Positions 9,336 through 18,411 are shown, counted from the first letter of the stretch. The stretch is DNA of 27,222 nucleotides from Deltaproteobacteria bacterium YD0425bin51 (GCA_002753225.1 PDZS01000015.1:1-27222), one strand, 5' to 3'. The notes: a model not told the origin generated them from the letters alone. Program-made: numbers and translations.

Positions 9336-11859
9336 TACTTACTCCTTGATTCTCCTTAATTCTCTCAAATAGTCCTCTCTGTTTATGTTTATAAGGACTC
9401 TCCTTCTTTTTAATATTATAATCAACAGCCTGGTTGTTACTTTCAATTTTTTCTAAAATATTTTTTGCTCTTTCAATTACAGGTTCAGGAACCCCAGCAA
9501 GCCTTGCTACTTGAATACCGTAGCTTCTATTTGTACTTCCTTCAACTAATTTACGTAAAAAAATAATCCTATCATTTACTTCTTTAACCAGAATATTAAG
9601 ATTTTTGCATTTTGGTTTTAGTTTTGAAAGCTCTGTTAACTCATGGTAGTGCGTTGCAAAAAGAGTCTTTATCCCTGTTCCGTGTAAGTCATGTAAATAT
9701 TCAGCAACAGCCCATGCAATGCTGAGTCCGTCAAATGTGCTTGTTCCTCGCCCTATCTCATCCATTATTATAAGGCTTTTGGAAGAAGCATTATTCAAAA
9801 TATTAGCTGTTTCCTGCATTTCAACCATAAATGTGCTTTGTCCCTGAGATAAATTATCTAATGCTCCAACTCTTGTAAAAATTCTATCAATAATAGTTAT
9901 TGAAGCCTTTGAAGCTGGAATAAAAGAACCTATCTGAGCCATTAGAACAATTGCTGCAACTTGACGCAAAACAGTTGACTTACCAGCCATATTTGGTCCT
10001 GTTATAATTAGTATCTGATTTTCTATATCATCAAGCTTTATAGTATTTGGAACAAATCTTTCTCCAGTCAGAATTTGCTCTATAACTGGGTGTCTCCCGT
10101 CTTCAATATAAATAATACCATCTGTAGTAATATTGGGTCTACAGAAATTATTTTGACTGGCAACTTCTGCTAAACTTAGAATTACATCAATTTGTGATAG
10201 AAATTTTGCAGCTTCGTAAATAGTATTTGTGAATATATTAATTTTTTCTCTAAGCTCATTAAATAAATGATATTCTAGAGAATTTCTCTTTTCTTCTGAA
10301 TTAATTATTTTATCTTCAAATGATTTTAATTCTTCAGTAATAAATCTTTCAGCATTAGCTAGTGTTTGCTTTCGGATATAATTTGGAGGAACATTCTCAG
10401 ATTTTGCTTTGGGGATTTCGATATAATAGCCAAAAACTTTATTATATCGTACTTTCAGTGAATTTATTTTTGTTTTTTCTTTTTCAATAGTTTCTAAATT
10501 AGCAAGCCATCCTTTACCATCTCGTGAAATTTGAATTAATTCATCTAAATCCTTATCATACTCATTTTTTATAATATTACCTTCGTTTATTGTCATTGGA
10601 GCATCTTCACGTATAGCTGATTCAATAAGTATTGCTATATTATTTAAGGATTCAAGATCAATTGTTAAATTGTAAAAATTAGATTCAAATTGTGAAAGAT
10701 ATCCAAATATTTCTGGAAGTTTTAATAGAGATGTCTTTAAAGCAAGCAGATCTCTAGCATTTGCATGTTTCATTGAAATTTTGCTATTAATACGTTCCAA
10801 ATCCTGAATTGATTTTAGAGATTCTCTTATATTGTTTCTTAAATTTTGCTTTTTTATACCTTCATAAACAGCATCTAATCTCTCATTAATTTTTTTTATA
10901 TTTAGAAGAGGATATTTAAGCCAGCTTATAATTAATCTGCTCCCCATTGAGGTAATTGTTTTATCAATTGAACTTATAAGTGTTCCTTGTTTTGATCCAG
11001 TTTTTAAGTTTTTAAAAAGTTCTAAATTTCTAGAACTTGAATCATCAACTAAAAGATATTCTCCAAGTAAATATGTTTCTATTTTTGATATGTGACCTAC
11101 TTTTTGTTTTTGTGTATCTTTTATATAATTTAATATTGCTCCAGCAGCAGAAATCCCAGCTTTAAAATCCTCTAAACCAAATCCTTCTAAAGAAATGGTA
11201 TTAAATTGTTCAATTAATGTATCTCTAGATTTTTTTAAATCAAAAATTTCATCTCCTAAAAAAGTTATATATTGTTCAGGAAAAGCCTTTAAAAATTGAG
11301 AGAAAATTGAATTTTTAGGTGATGAATTTGGCAAAACTATTTCTTTGGGATCTATCCTAACCACTTCTTCTATAATAGCGTTAAGGTCTTGTGATTCAGT
11401 TACTTTAAAAGTTCCTGTTGAGATATCTAAATATGATAGTCCACACTTTTTACGGTCTATTGATAGACTTAAAATATAATTATTAGATTTGTCCTCTAAA
11501 AAATTATTATCAATAATTATACCTGGGGTTATAACACGTACAACATCTCTTTTGACTATTCCTTTAGCAAATGAGGGATCCTCAACTTGATCACAAACTG
11601 CTACTTTATGACCTTGTTCGATTAATTTTGCTATATAATTGGATGCAGCTCTAAAGGGGACACCACACATGGGAACAGGAGGATCCTCATATTTATTTCT
11701 AGATGTTAAAGTTATTTGCAGAGCGCGTGAAGCTATTTCTGCATCTTTAAGAAACATCTCATAAAAATCTCCAACTCTATAAAACAAAATAGCATCTTTA
11801 TTTTTCTCTTTTATTGAAAGATACTGCTTCATTAGTGGAGTTTCTTTTATAGAATTCAT
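9325..11859 (-). CDS. mutS: DNA mismatch repair protein MutS
   Basis: The classic N-terminus MKQYLSIKEKNKDAILFYRVGDFYEMF. Walker A GPNMAGKSTVLRQVA. ABC signature and Walker B (STFMVEMQETANIL...LIIMDEIGRGTSTFDG). The C-terminal HTH region YGIQVARLAGVP. 844 aa. Confidence 0.92.
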   Translation of the reverse strand: MNSIKETPLMKQYLSIKEKNKDAILFYRVGDFYEMFLKDAEIASRALQITLTSRNKYEDPPVPMCGVPFRAASNYIAKLIEQGHKVAVCDQVEDPSFAKGIVKRDVVRVITPGIIIDNNFLEDKSNNYILSLSIDRKKCGLSYLDISTGTFKVTESQDLNAIIEEVVRIDPKEIVLPNSSPKNSIFSQFLKAFPEQYITFLGDEIFDLKKSRDTLIEQFNTISLEGFGLEDFKAGISAAGAILNYIKDTQKQKVGHISKIETYLLGEYLLVDDSSSRNLELFKNLKTGSKQGTLISSIDKTITSMGSRLIISWLKYPLLNIKKINERLDAVYEGIKKQNLRNNIRESLKSIQDLERINSKISMKHANARDLLALKTSLLKLPEIFGYLSQFESNFYNLTIDLESLNNIAILIESAIREDAPMTINEGNIIKNEYDKDLDELIQISRDGKGWLANLETIEKEKTKINSLKVRYNKVFGYYIEIPKAKSENVPPNYIRKQTLANAERFITEELKSFEDKIINSEEKRNSLEYHLFNELREKINIFTNTIYEAAKFLSQIDVILSLAEVASQNNFCRPNITTDGIIYIEDGRHPVIEQILTGERFVPNTIKLDDIENQILIITGPNMAGKSTVLRQVAAIVLMAQIGSFIPASKASITIIDRIFTRVGALDNLSQGQSTFMVEMQETANILNNASSKSLIIMDEIGRGTSTFDGLSIAWAVAEYLHDLHGTGIKTLFATHYHELTELSKLKPKCKNLNILVKEVNDRIIFLRKLVEGSTNRSYGIQVARLAGVPEPVIERAKNILEKIESNNQAVDYNIKKKESPYKHKQRGLFERIKENQGVSSEI

Positions 11860-11863
11860 ATCG

Positions 11864-12238
11864 CTATTGTTGAGGTTCTAATGTTGTCGTATCAGCTTCT
11901 ATAACCTGTGTACTAGAAGGATTTGATGATAATCTTTCTAATTCTCTTTTTAAGTCAGCTATTGTTTGTTCGTAATGAGCAATGTCTGCAGTAAATTTTT
12001 TAATAGCTTTTTTTGCTCTAAATCGTTCTAAAAGACTTGCAAAATATGAAAATAAAACTCCAAAAATAAAAACTCCGAAGAAATGAACAGCAGTTGGAAG
12101 TAATGGAGTTTTATATTGTAAAAACATTAAATCTATCCCGATGCTTTCTTTTGATAAAAAAAATTCCTGATTTTGAAAAAACATTATTCCAACAAGAACT
12201 AATAATATTGTCCAAGAAACAAATTTTATCTTTCTCAT
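11864..12238 (-). CDS. LapA-family (DUF1049-like) inner-membrane protein
   Basis: Two predicted TM helices (VSWTILLVLVGIMFF and VHFFGVFIFGVLFSYFASLL). A C-terminal coiled-coil (IAHYEQTIADLKRELERL). The start abuts the HIT gene stop with 0 nt spacing, and the stop is 4 nt from the mutS start. Confidence 0.5.
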   Translation of the reverse strand: MRKIKFVSWTILLVLVGIMFFQNQEFFLSKESIGIDLMFLQYKTPLLPTAVHFFGVFIFGVLFSYFASLLERFRAKKAIKKFTADIAHYEQTIADLKRELERLSSNPSSTQVIEADTTTLEPQQ

Positions 12239-12739
12239 TTATTTTAATTCTCCTTTTTCATTTAAATTGTCAAAGTGTCCTTTTAAATTATTGTAAGTTG
12301 CTTTTATATGTTCTGGAATTACTCTTATATCAGCAAATACACTAAGAGCATTTACATCTCCAAACCATCTAGGAACAATATGAAAATGAATATGCTCTTC
12401 TATTCCTGCTCCAGCAACTCTTCCAAGATTAAGTCCAACGTTAAAACCATCAGGTTTCATTACTTTTTTTAATATTTGAATAGATTTTTCAACCATTGAA
12501 AGTAAAGATAGCATTTCATTGCTTTCAAGTTCTGAAAGAGAAGAAGTATGCTTTACAGGTGAAACAAGTAGATGTCCATTGTTGTATGGAAATTTATTCA
12601 TTATAACAGTGGTTAGATTACCTTTATGAAGAGTAAGATTATCATCTTCTGACAAAGCCTTGCAAAAAACACATCCTTTTCCTTTTTGATCATTATCTAA
12701 GATATATTCAATCCGCCAAGGCGCCCACATTGTTTTCAC
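12239..12739 (-). CDS. HIT-family (histidine triad) nucleotide hydrolase/transferase
   Basis: The N-terminal zinc-ribbon-like motif CVFCKA and the histidine triad HIHFHIVPR. 166 aa. Confidence 0.75.
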   Translation of the reverse strand: MKTMWAPWRIEYILDNDQKGKGCVFCKALSEDDNLTLHKGNLTTVIMNKFPYNNGHLLVSPVKHTSSLSELESNEMLSLLSMVEKSIQILKKVMKPDGFNVGLNLGRVAGAGIEEHIHFHIVPRWFGDVNALSVFADIRVIPEHIKATYNNLKGHFDNLNEKGELK

Positions 12740-12824
12740 AGTAATGCTCCTTTAATATAATATATAACGTTAATATTAAAATAAATTCTTTAACCTTTTC
12801 AAATTTAAAACTCAAATCTTTTTT

Positions 12825-13553
12825 TTAAATTGGAACAATCTCTAAATCTCCCCATGCTCCTAGTTTATCATCTATTATAATAACTATTCCTATTATCCCA
12901 TTAATATTTTTACCTGATCTTATAGCTTTATCTATATCTTTTTTTGATTTAACCATATTACCAATTGCAGTAGCACAAGAATCAGCAAGAGAACATGAAT
13001 GAGATACTACGCATACAGCATCAGCCTTTCCAAAACTTAAAGATGGTCCAACCTTTCCTGATGATGTACAAACTGCCATAGGTTTGTTAATTGAATTGAT
13101 TTTAAGTCCTATATGCAGACTAAGTGGTGAATCTCCAGCAAAAATTCCTACAGTTGCTGGATTGTCTAATTTAAGGAATATATCTCCGCCATTTTCAACA
13201 ATAACTTGAGGGCTGTAGGGAAGAATGCCATAGCCAACATGTTCAGCAATTGCTCCTGCAACAGATGCCATAGGGCCTACTCCTGCTTTTTTTGATGATT
13301 CTGACATTTCAGAAACAATAATGTGAACAGGTTCATTTATTTCCCATGGGACAAGGGTTTTAGCAAAGGATGGGTATCTTTTTATATAATTTTCTAAATA
13401 CCCTCTATATTCTAATACCAGTTCTCTAGTTATATCTTCAAGTGGAATTATGGAATGGACATGCAAATCAGTTTCTTTTACAACAACTCTATACTTTATA
13501 AGGTCATTTTTTTTTATTAAATTGCGATATGTACGTTCTTTATATTTCTCCAT
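12825..13553 (-). CDS. UPF0280-like conserved protein (ApbE-like superfamily), function unknown
   Basis: The N-terminal YRNLIKKNDLIKYRVVVKETDLHV pattern and the Gly/Ser-rich core (GVGPMASVAGAIAE, CTSSGKVGPSLSFGKADAVCV) recall the UPF0280/COG2122 family, recognised from memory only. A 14-nt overlap with the upstream ATP-grasp gene. Confidence 0.4.
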   Translation of the reverse strand: MEKYKERTYRNLIKKNDLIKYRVVVKETDLHVHSIIPLEDITRELVLEYRGYLENYIKRYPSFAKTLVPWEINEPVHIIVSEMSESSKKAGVGPMASVAGAIAEHVGYGILPYSPQVIVENGGDIFLKLDNPATVGIFAGDSPLSLHIGLKINSINKPMAVCTSSGKVGPSLSFGKADAVCVVSHSCSLADSCATAIGNMVKSKKDIDKAIRSGKNINGIIGIVIIIDDKLGAWGDLEIVPI

Positions 13554-14322
13554 TTTTAATAAGACTATCCATGAGGTTTATATAATCTATTCCAAGTTTT
13601 TTTAATCCTTCATGCCCATATTTCATATTTGCTTCTATTACATAAGCTTTATCTTTATAAATACATATATCTATTCCCACATCATTCCAATTAGTTTTTT
13701 TTGCTGTATATAAAGCAAGCTCATTAACACTTTGAGGTATAGGATCAAAACTGATTTTTCCACCAAGCGATACATTTGTCCGAAACTCATTGTTTTGTGC
13801 TATTCTCCAGTAAGAACAAATGATTTTTTCCCCAATTATCAAAACTCTTATATCTCGATTAATTGGTAAATATTCTTGAATATATGCAACATGAGTTTTG
13901 GATAGATAAATATATAAATCATCATAATTTTTAATAAGAAAGACACCTGCTCCTTTTGCTGATCCCCGTGCAATTTTAGCTATAAAAGGAAATTCAAAGT
14001 AATCAGTAATTTTTTTTTTTTGTTTTGTGCCATAAAAAATTTTTGTTCTTGGATGAGGGATATCAAGTAATTCAAATAAAGCTGTTTGTTTAATTTTATC
14101 CTGTGCATAAGCATAATTGCTATAACTCGGGAAAATATTTTTTCCCATTGTATTAAACAACTCACCATAAAGGCTTGTTGGATAATATATTTTACTAGCT
14201 GATTTTATAAGAAAAGATATTTCCTGTGGGTAGTCAGATAAATTGGGAAAAACCCCAACTGTTATAACATTTTTACATTTCCTAAGTCTTGAACCTAAAG
14301 CAATTACATTATTTTGCATCAT
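13540..14322 (-). CDS. RimK-like ATP-grasp ligase (glutamate-ligase family), substrate unknown
   Basis: The ATP-grasp motifs FPFIAKIARGSAKGAGVFLI, YIQEYLPINRDIRVLIIGEKII and FRTNVSLGGKI. 260 aa. The CDS contains an A12 homopolymer. Confidence 0.65.
   Translation of the reverse strand: MMQNNVIALGSRLRKCKNVITVGVFPNLSDYPQEISFLIKSASKIYYPTSLYGELFNTMGKNIFPSYSNYAYAQDKIKQTALFELLDIPHPRTKIFYGTKQKKKITDYFEFPFIAKIARGSAKGAGVFLIKNYDDLYIYLSKTHVAYIQEYLPINRDIRVLIIGEKIICSYWRIAQNNEFRTNVSLGGKISFDPIPQSVNELALYTAKKTNWNDVGIDICIYKDKAYVIEANMKYGHEGLKKLGIDYINLMDSLIKNGEI
14010..14021. repeat. A12/T12 homopolymer inside the RimK-like ATP-grasp CDS (encodes K-Q-KKK)
   Basis: Twelve consecutive T on the plus strand (A on the coding strand). 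The tract is in frame in the current sequence. Confidence 0.7.
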
Positions 14323-15083
14323 TGCATAGGATCTATAATAAATTTGAGTGGTGATACATAAACATTTGTCCAGTGTTTTTCTATTTGAAAATCAACACTT
14401 GTATCTTTTTTATTTGAAAAAACTATTTTTTTTGGAATTAAAAAACCTGCTTCATCATTATTATAATCAAATAAAGCTTCATATAATAATGAACCTGTTA
14501 AATCAAAGACTTCAACTTTTTCTACATTTTGCATATCTTTAGAAAAATAAATTTTTTCTATTATATTTCCAAGCAGCCCTTTTAAAATAATCATATTATT
14601 ATCTTTTGATATGCTGATTGAGCTATATTTTGGAATATAGATATGGCCTGATAAATATAAAATAATTTCATTAAGTTTGATCGGCAGAGAAATAATTCTT
14701 TTTAAGTTTGAATTTTTCGATGGATTTTTATAATATTTTTGTTCTATATGATTTACGGCATATAGCCATTCTCCATCATCAGCTAGACTCATGGCAGTTT
14801 GACCTGCAATTGGAAATATTTCAAATCTAATTTTGCTTGGAATTTCTGCTATCCATGCACAACGACTACTTTGAGACTTTCCTGAACTAAATAGCTTTAT
14901 TTTCCCTAGCCCTTTAAGAGTTTTTAAATTTTCATTTCGAGTGTTCAGTTTTTTAATAAGTTCTTCAGCTTCTAACTTATCATGGGTTACTTGAGGGCTT
15001 GGAGGCCTTTTTATTATTGAGCATCCAAAAAAAAATACAGAAAAACAAATCATTGCGGCTATTATACTTATATAAGTTTTCAT
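14319..15083 (-). CDS. Hypothetical lipoprotein (possible LolA/LolB-like fold)
   Basis: A lipoprotein signal with lipobox (MKTYISIIAAMICFSVFFFGCSII). 254 aa with no diagnostic motif. 4-nt overlaps on both sides. Confidence 0.4.
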   Translation of the reverse strand: MKTYISIIAAMICFSVFFFGCSIIKRPPSPQVTHDKLEAEELIKKLNTRNENLKTLKGLGKIKLFSSGKSQSSRCAWIAEIPSKIRFEIFPIAGQTAMSLADDGEWLYAVNHIEQKYYKNPSKNSNLKRIISLPIKLNEIILYLSGHIYIPKYSSISISKDNNMIILKGLLGNIIEKIYFSKDMQNVEKVEVFDLTGSLLYEALFDYNNDEAGFLIPKKIVFSNKKDTSVDFQIEKHWTNVYVSPLKFIIDPMQ

Positions 15084-16783
15084 TTATTTGTTAGTTCCTT
15101 TATTTTTTTTAGCATACTTTCTTTTTCTTTATCTTTTTTTTTAGGTAAAGACTGATTATACAATTTTAATGCCTTATCTTTGTTACCCATTTTAAAATAA
15201 ACGTCTCCCAAGTGTTCTAAAAGCGTGGGATCATCAGGAGCAAGACTTACAGCTTTTTCTAAATTTTTTAATGCTGCTTTCATGTTACCTTGCTTAAAGT
15301 AAACCCACCCTAAACTGTCCGTAATATATGCATCATCAGGTTTGTATTGTAATGCTGCTTTAATTAGTTTTTCTGCTTCATACAGATTTTCTCCTAAATC
15401 AGCATATGTATAACCAAGATAATTCAAAGCATCAGGATTTTTAGGATCAAGCTGTATAACTTTTTTCATCTGTTCTATACATTTTTCTTTTTTACCTGCT
15501 TTATCATAAATAACGCCTAACTGAAAATTAATATCAATATGATTAGGATCAAATTTTAGCCCTTCTTTTAAAATTTTTTCAGCTTCATTGTATGATTCAG
15601 TATCTATATAAATTAAGGATAGATAAATAAAAAGATTTAAATTGGGTTTTCCTCTAGATTCAGAAATAGCACTTTTAAGTAAAGAAATAGCGTAAGTTAG
15701 TTTCCCTTCCTCTTTATAAGTTAAAGCTAAAAATGTAGCCGCATTTTCATAAAATCTTGTTCCAGGTCTTACTTTTTTAAAATATGTTATTGCTAATTTC
15801 GGTTTTTTTAGTTCCTCATAAACAATACCTGTAATATAATTTATCTCAGAATTGTCAGGTAAAGTTTTTAGCATACCTTCAAGAACTATTAAAGCGTTAT
15901 CATATGTTTTGCTTTCAACGTAAAGTTGTACAATTATTTTTAATATTTCAGGATCAGATATACTTCTTTTGGCAAGAATATCAAATATTTCATAAGCTTT
16001 TTTAAGTATTTTTTCTTTATGATAATAAACAGATAGCTCAAGCATAGGAATAATACTATTATTATCTCTACTCAATATATCGAGATAACCTTCAATCACT
16101 TTTTTATTATTCTTTTCAATTTTATATATTCTTATCAGTTCATATTTTGATTGTAGAAAAGATGGCTCTATGTCTAAACTTTTTTTTAGATTTTTTTCAG
16201 CATCTTTTAATTCTTTGTTATCAATTAAAATTTTTCCTATTAAAAAATAAGCTATATAGGAATTTGGGAAATATTTAATCATTTGCCGATATAAATTTAA
16301 AGCTTTTTTTTCTTCATTTTGCTGCAGATATAAGTCACCTAAGAGCAAATAAGCATTTTGTTGGTTTGGATCTTTTTTCAAAACTTGTTCGTATATTCTT
16401 TTTGCTTCTTTTTCATTGTTTACAGATTGTTTTATTCTTCCGTAAAGAAATAATGCTTCAATATCATCAGGGTTTTTTTCATTAATATCTTGGGTAATCT
16501 TTAAAGCAGAATTATAATCTCGTTTTTGTAAATAAAGAGATATTACTTCTTTTTTCAAAAATAAAGATTCATTATCAAGCTCAAGAGCTTTTTGCATATA
16601 AATCAGAGATCTATCTATATTCCCTCTTTTTCTTTGAAGTTGTGCTTCTGTAAAGTAATAATATTTATTTTCCTTTGTAGGAGAGATATTTGTTGTTTGT
16701 GATAGAAATTTATTTTGTTGCAATGGGCATCCTATACAAAGTAATGAAATAAAAACAGTAAAAAAAAGTAAAAATTTTTTCAT
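15080..16783 (-). CDS. TPR-repeat lipoprotein
   Basis: A signal/lipobox LLCIGCPLQ. Numerous 34-residue TPR-like repeats (W/LG-Y-A-F-A-P pattern, e.g. AYLLLGDLYLQQNEEKKALNLYRQMIKYFPNS). Confidence 0.75.
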   Translation of the reverse strand: MKKFLLFFTVFISLLCIGCPLQQNKFLSQTTNISPTKENKYYYFTEAQLQRKRGNIDRSLIYMQKALELDNESLFLKKEVISLYLQKRDYNSALKITQDINEKNPDDIEALFLYGRIKQSVNNEKEAKRIYEQVLKKDPNQQNAYLLLGDLYLQQNEEKKALNLYRQMIKYFPNSYIAYFLIGKILIDNKELKDAEKNLKKSLDIEPSFLQSKYELIRIYKIEKNNKKVIEGYLDILSRDNNSIIPMLELSVYYHKEKILKKAYEIFDILAKRSISDPEILKIIVQLYVESKTYDNALIVLEGMLKTLPDNSEINYITGIVYEELKKPKLAITYFKKVRPGTRFYENAATFLALTYKEEGKLTYAISLLKSAISESRGKPNLNLFIYLSLIYIDTESYNEAEKILKEGLKFDPNHIDINFQLGVIYDKAGKKEKCIEQMKKVIQLDPKNPDALNYLGYTYADLGENLYEAEKLIKAALQYKPDDAYITDSLGWVYFKQGNMKAALKNLEKAVSLAPDDPTLLEHLGDVYFKMGNKDKALKLYNQSLPKKKDKEKESMLKKIKELTNK

Positions 16784-16810
16784 TAAATATTTCCTGGTAT
16801 AAAAAGTTAA

Positions 16811-17779
16811 TTATTCAGAAAAAGTGCCATTATTATATAAATCAAAATCAGGTATTTCCCGTTTAAAAAAATCGCGCATTTTATTTATTAAATTTTGTTC
16901 AATTTGACGCACTCTCTCTCTTGAAATTCCATATCGGTCTCCCATTTCTTGAAGTGTAATGGGATCATCTGAGAATACTCGCTGTTCAAACAATTCAATC
17001 TCTCTTTTAGTCAGCTTCTTTTTAAATTCATCAATTTTAGAGTAAAGAAGTTTATCCATTTCTTTTTTAGCCATTTGGTCTTCAATTGATTTAGCATCTG
17101 TTGATAAAAATTCTATTCTCTCAGTGTCTGAATCTTCCTTCAGAGGAGCATCTAATGATATATCCCAGCTATCTAACCTTTGATCCATGTCAATGACTTC
17201 ACGTTCAGGAACACCTAATCTCTCTGAAAGAAGCTTAGGTTTTGGATCAAATCCTTCTTCTATTAACTTTTGTTTTTCTTTTTTGAGTCTAAAAAAAAGT
17301 TTACGCTGTCCCTGAGTTGTTCCAATTTTTACAAGCCTCCAGTTATCCATAATAAATTTAAGAATATAGGCTTTTATCCAGAATGAAGCATAATATGAAA
17401 ATTTAACACCTTTATAGGGGTTAAATTTTTTAGCAGCTTGTATAAGGCCAATATTTCCTTCTTGAATTAAATCTAGAAGGTTGTGCATCCAAACCTTTTG
17501 AAATTCCAAAGCTATTTTAACAACTAATCTAAGATTAGAAACAATTAAAGTATAGGCTGCCTCCTTATCTTCATTTTCAAAAACGCTCATTGCAAGCTTG
17601 TTTTCTTGTTCTCTTGTAAGAAGTTTATAATTACTTATTTCAGATAGATAACGCTGTAGGGGATCATATTTAATAATTGCAGTTTCATATATTTTCTTTT
17701 CTGGCTGAATATAATTATAATCTTCATTTGATTCTAAAGCAGAATTGTTTTCCAAGTCATTGTTTCTATTTTTTTCCAT
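16811..17779 (-). CDS. rpoH: RNA polymerase sigma-32 (heat-shock) factor RpoH
   Basis: Sigma-70 region 2 (LIVSNLRLVVKIALEF...GNIGLIQAAKKFNPYKGVKFSYYASFWIKAYI). An RpoH-box-like QRKLFFRLKK. Region 4 HTH ITLQEMGDRYGISRERVRQIEQNLINKMR. 322 aa. Confidence 0.8.
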   Translation of the reverse strand: MEKNRNNDLENNSALESNEDYNYIQPEKKIYETAIIKYDPLQRYLSEISNYKLLTREQENKLAMSVFENEDKEAAYTLIVSNLRLVVKIALEFQKVWMHNLLDLIQEGNIGLIQAAKKFNPYKGVKFSYYASFWIKAYILKFIMDNWRLVKIGTTQGQRKLFFRLKKEKQKLIEEGFDPKPKLLSERLGVPEREVIDMDQRLDSWDISLDAPLKEDSDTERIEFLSTDAKSIEDQMAKKEMDKLLYSKIDEFKKKLTKREIELFEQRVFSDDPITLQEMGDRYGISRERVRQIEQNLINKMRDFFKREIPDFDLYNNGTFSE

Positions 17780-17867
17780 GGGAATCTTTATTTATTTAAT
17801 AAAATATTTATATTTTTTGTGGACAATTGTCAGAATATTTAGTAAATTAAATGTCAACATTATTTAA

Positions 17868-17941
<74 letters not shown>

Positions 17942-17953
17942 CTTACAAAATCA

Positions 17954-17988
17954 AGGGTTTACAGAATGTAATCTGTAAACCTTTTTTG
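17954..17988 (+). terminator. Rho-independent terminator downstream of tRNA-Arg
   Basis: A GGGTTTACAG - loop (aatgtaat) - CTGTAAACC stem followed by TTTTTT. Confidence 0.65.
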
Positions 17989-18200
17989 CTTTAGACAATT
18001 TAATCCTGCCATAGCTCCAATTGTTTAGTAATAACATTATAATTATCTTTAACTTTACATCATCAATTAAATTGTCTAACATATTTATTGTCCGCTATAT
18101 TTTATACCCTACATATTTAACAATATCAACTTTAAAGATAGAAATAAATCCGATAAACCATTATGTTGATCTAAATAGAAAGACCGGAAATTAGCTCTAA

Positions 18201-18262
18201 AAAAAGCCCCCAATAGAAAAATATGCAGTAGTTTCCTATTTTTTGTATTGGGGGCTTTTACA
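18201..18262. terminator. Long GC-clamped hairpin flanked by an A-tract and a T-tract (bidirectional terminator-like, with no obvious gene to terminate)
   Basis: aaaaaGCCCCCAATAGAAAAATA-tgcagtagtttcc-TATTTTTTGTATTGGGGGCtttt forms a 10-bp perfect GC-rich stem extended to about 18 bp with one mismatch. The extended-stem loop is 13 nt. Confidence 0.5.
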
Positions 18263-18340
18263 TAAAAAAAATTAAAGATAATTTTTTTTTAATTTGCTAT
18301 ATATACTATCATGAGCATAAATTATAGCTGAAGAAGCATA

Positions 18341-18370
18341 TTGAAAATAGAAATCAAAAAGCTTTAAAAA
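18341..18370 (+). promoter_or_regulatory. Candidate sigma-70-like promoter for the plus-strand operon (TTGAAA-N17/18-TTAAAA/TAAAAA)
   Basis: The -35-like TTGAAA at 18341-18346 and an A/T -10-like hexamer at 18364-18370. The call is weak because the region is extremely AT-rich. Confidence 0.2.
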
Positions 18371-18411
18371 TAAAACAGGTGAATGGGCACATATAAGTTA
18401 AATTGGAAAAT

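Noticed and set aside
12094-12345. Plus-strand ORF 12094..12345 spanning the LapA/HIT junction
   Set aside because: It is antisense to two tightly coupled genes and has a low-complexity Leu/Ile-rich translation.
13980-14542. ORFs 13980..14168 (minus) and 14348..14542 (plus)
   Set aside because: The first is an alternative frame inside the ATP-grasp CDS through the A12 tract. The second is antisense to the lipoprotein gene. Neither has any coding support.
17780-17867. Confident sigma-E or sigma-70 promoter call for rpoH
   Set aside because: The hexamers TTGACA and TCTGAC are suggestive, but the spacing and the -35 do not match either consensus cleanly, and AT-rich sequence generates such matches by chance. 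I report it only as a finding to test.
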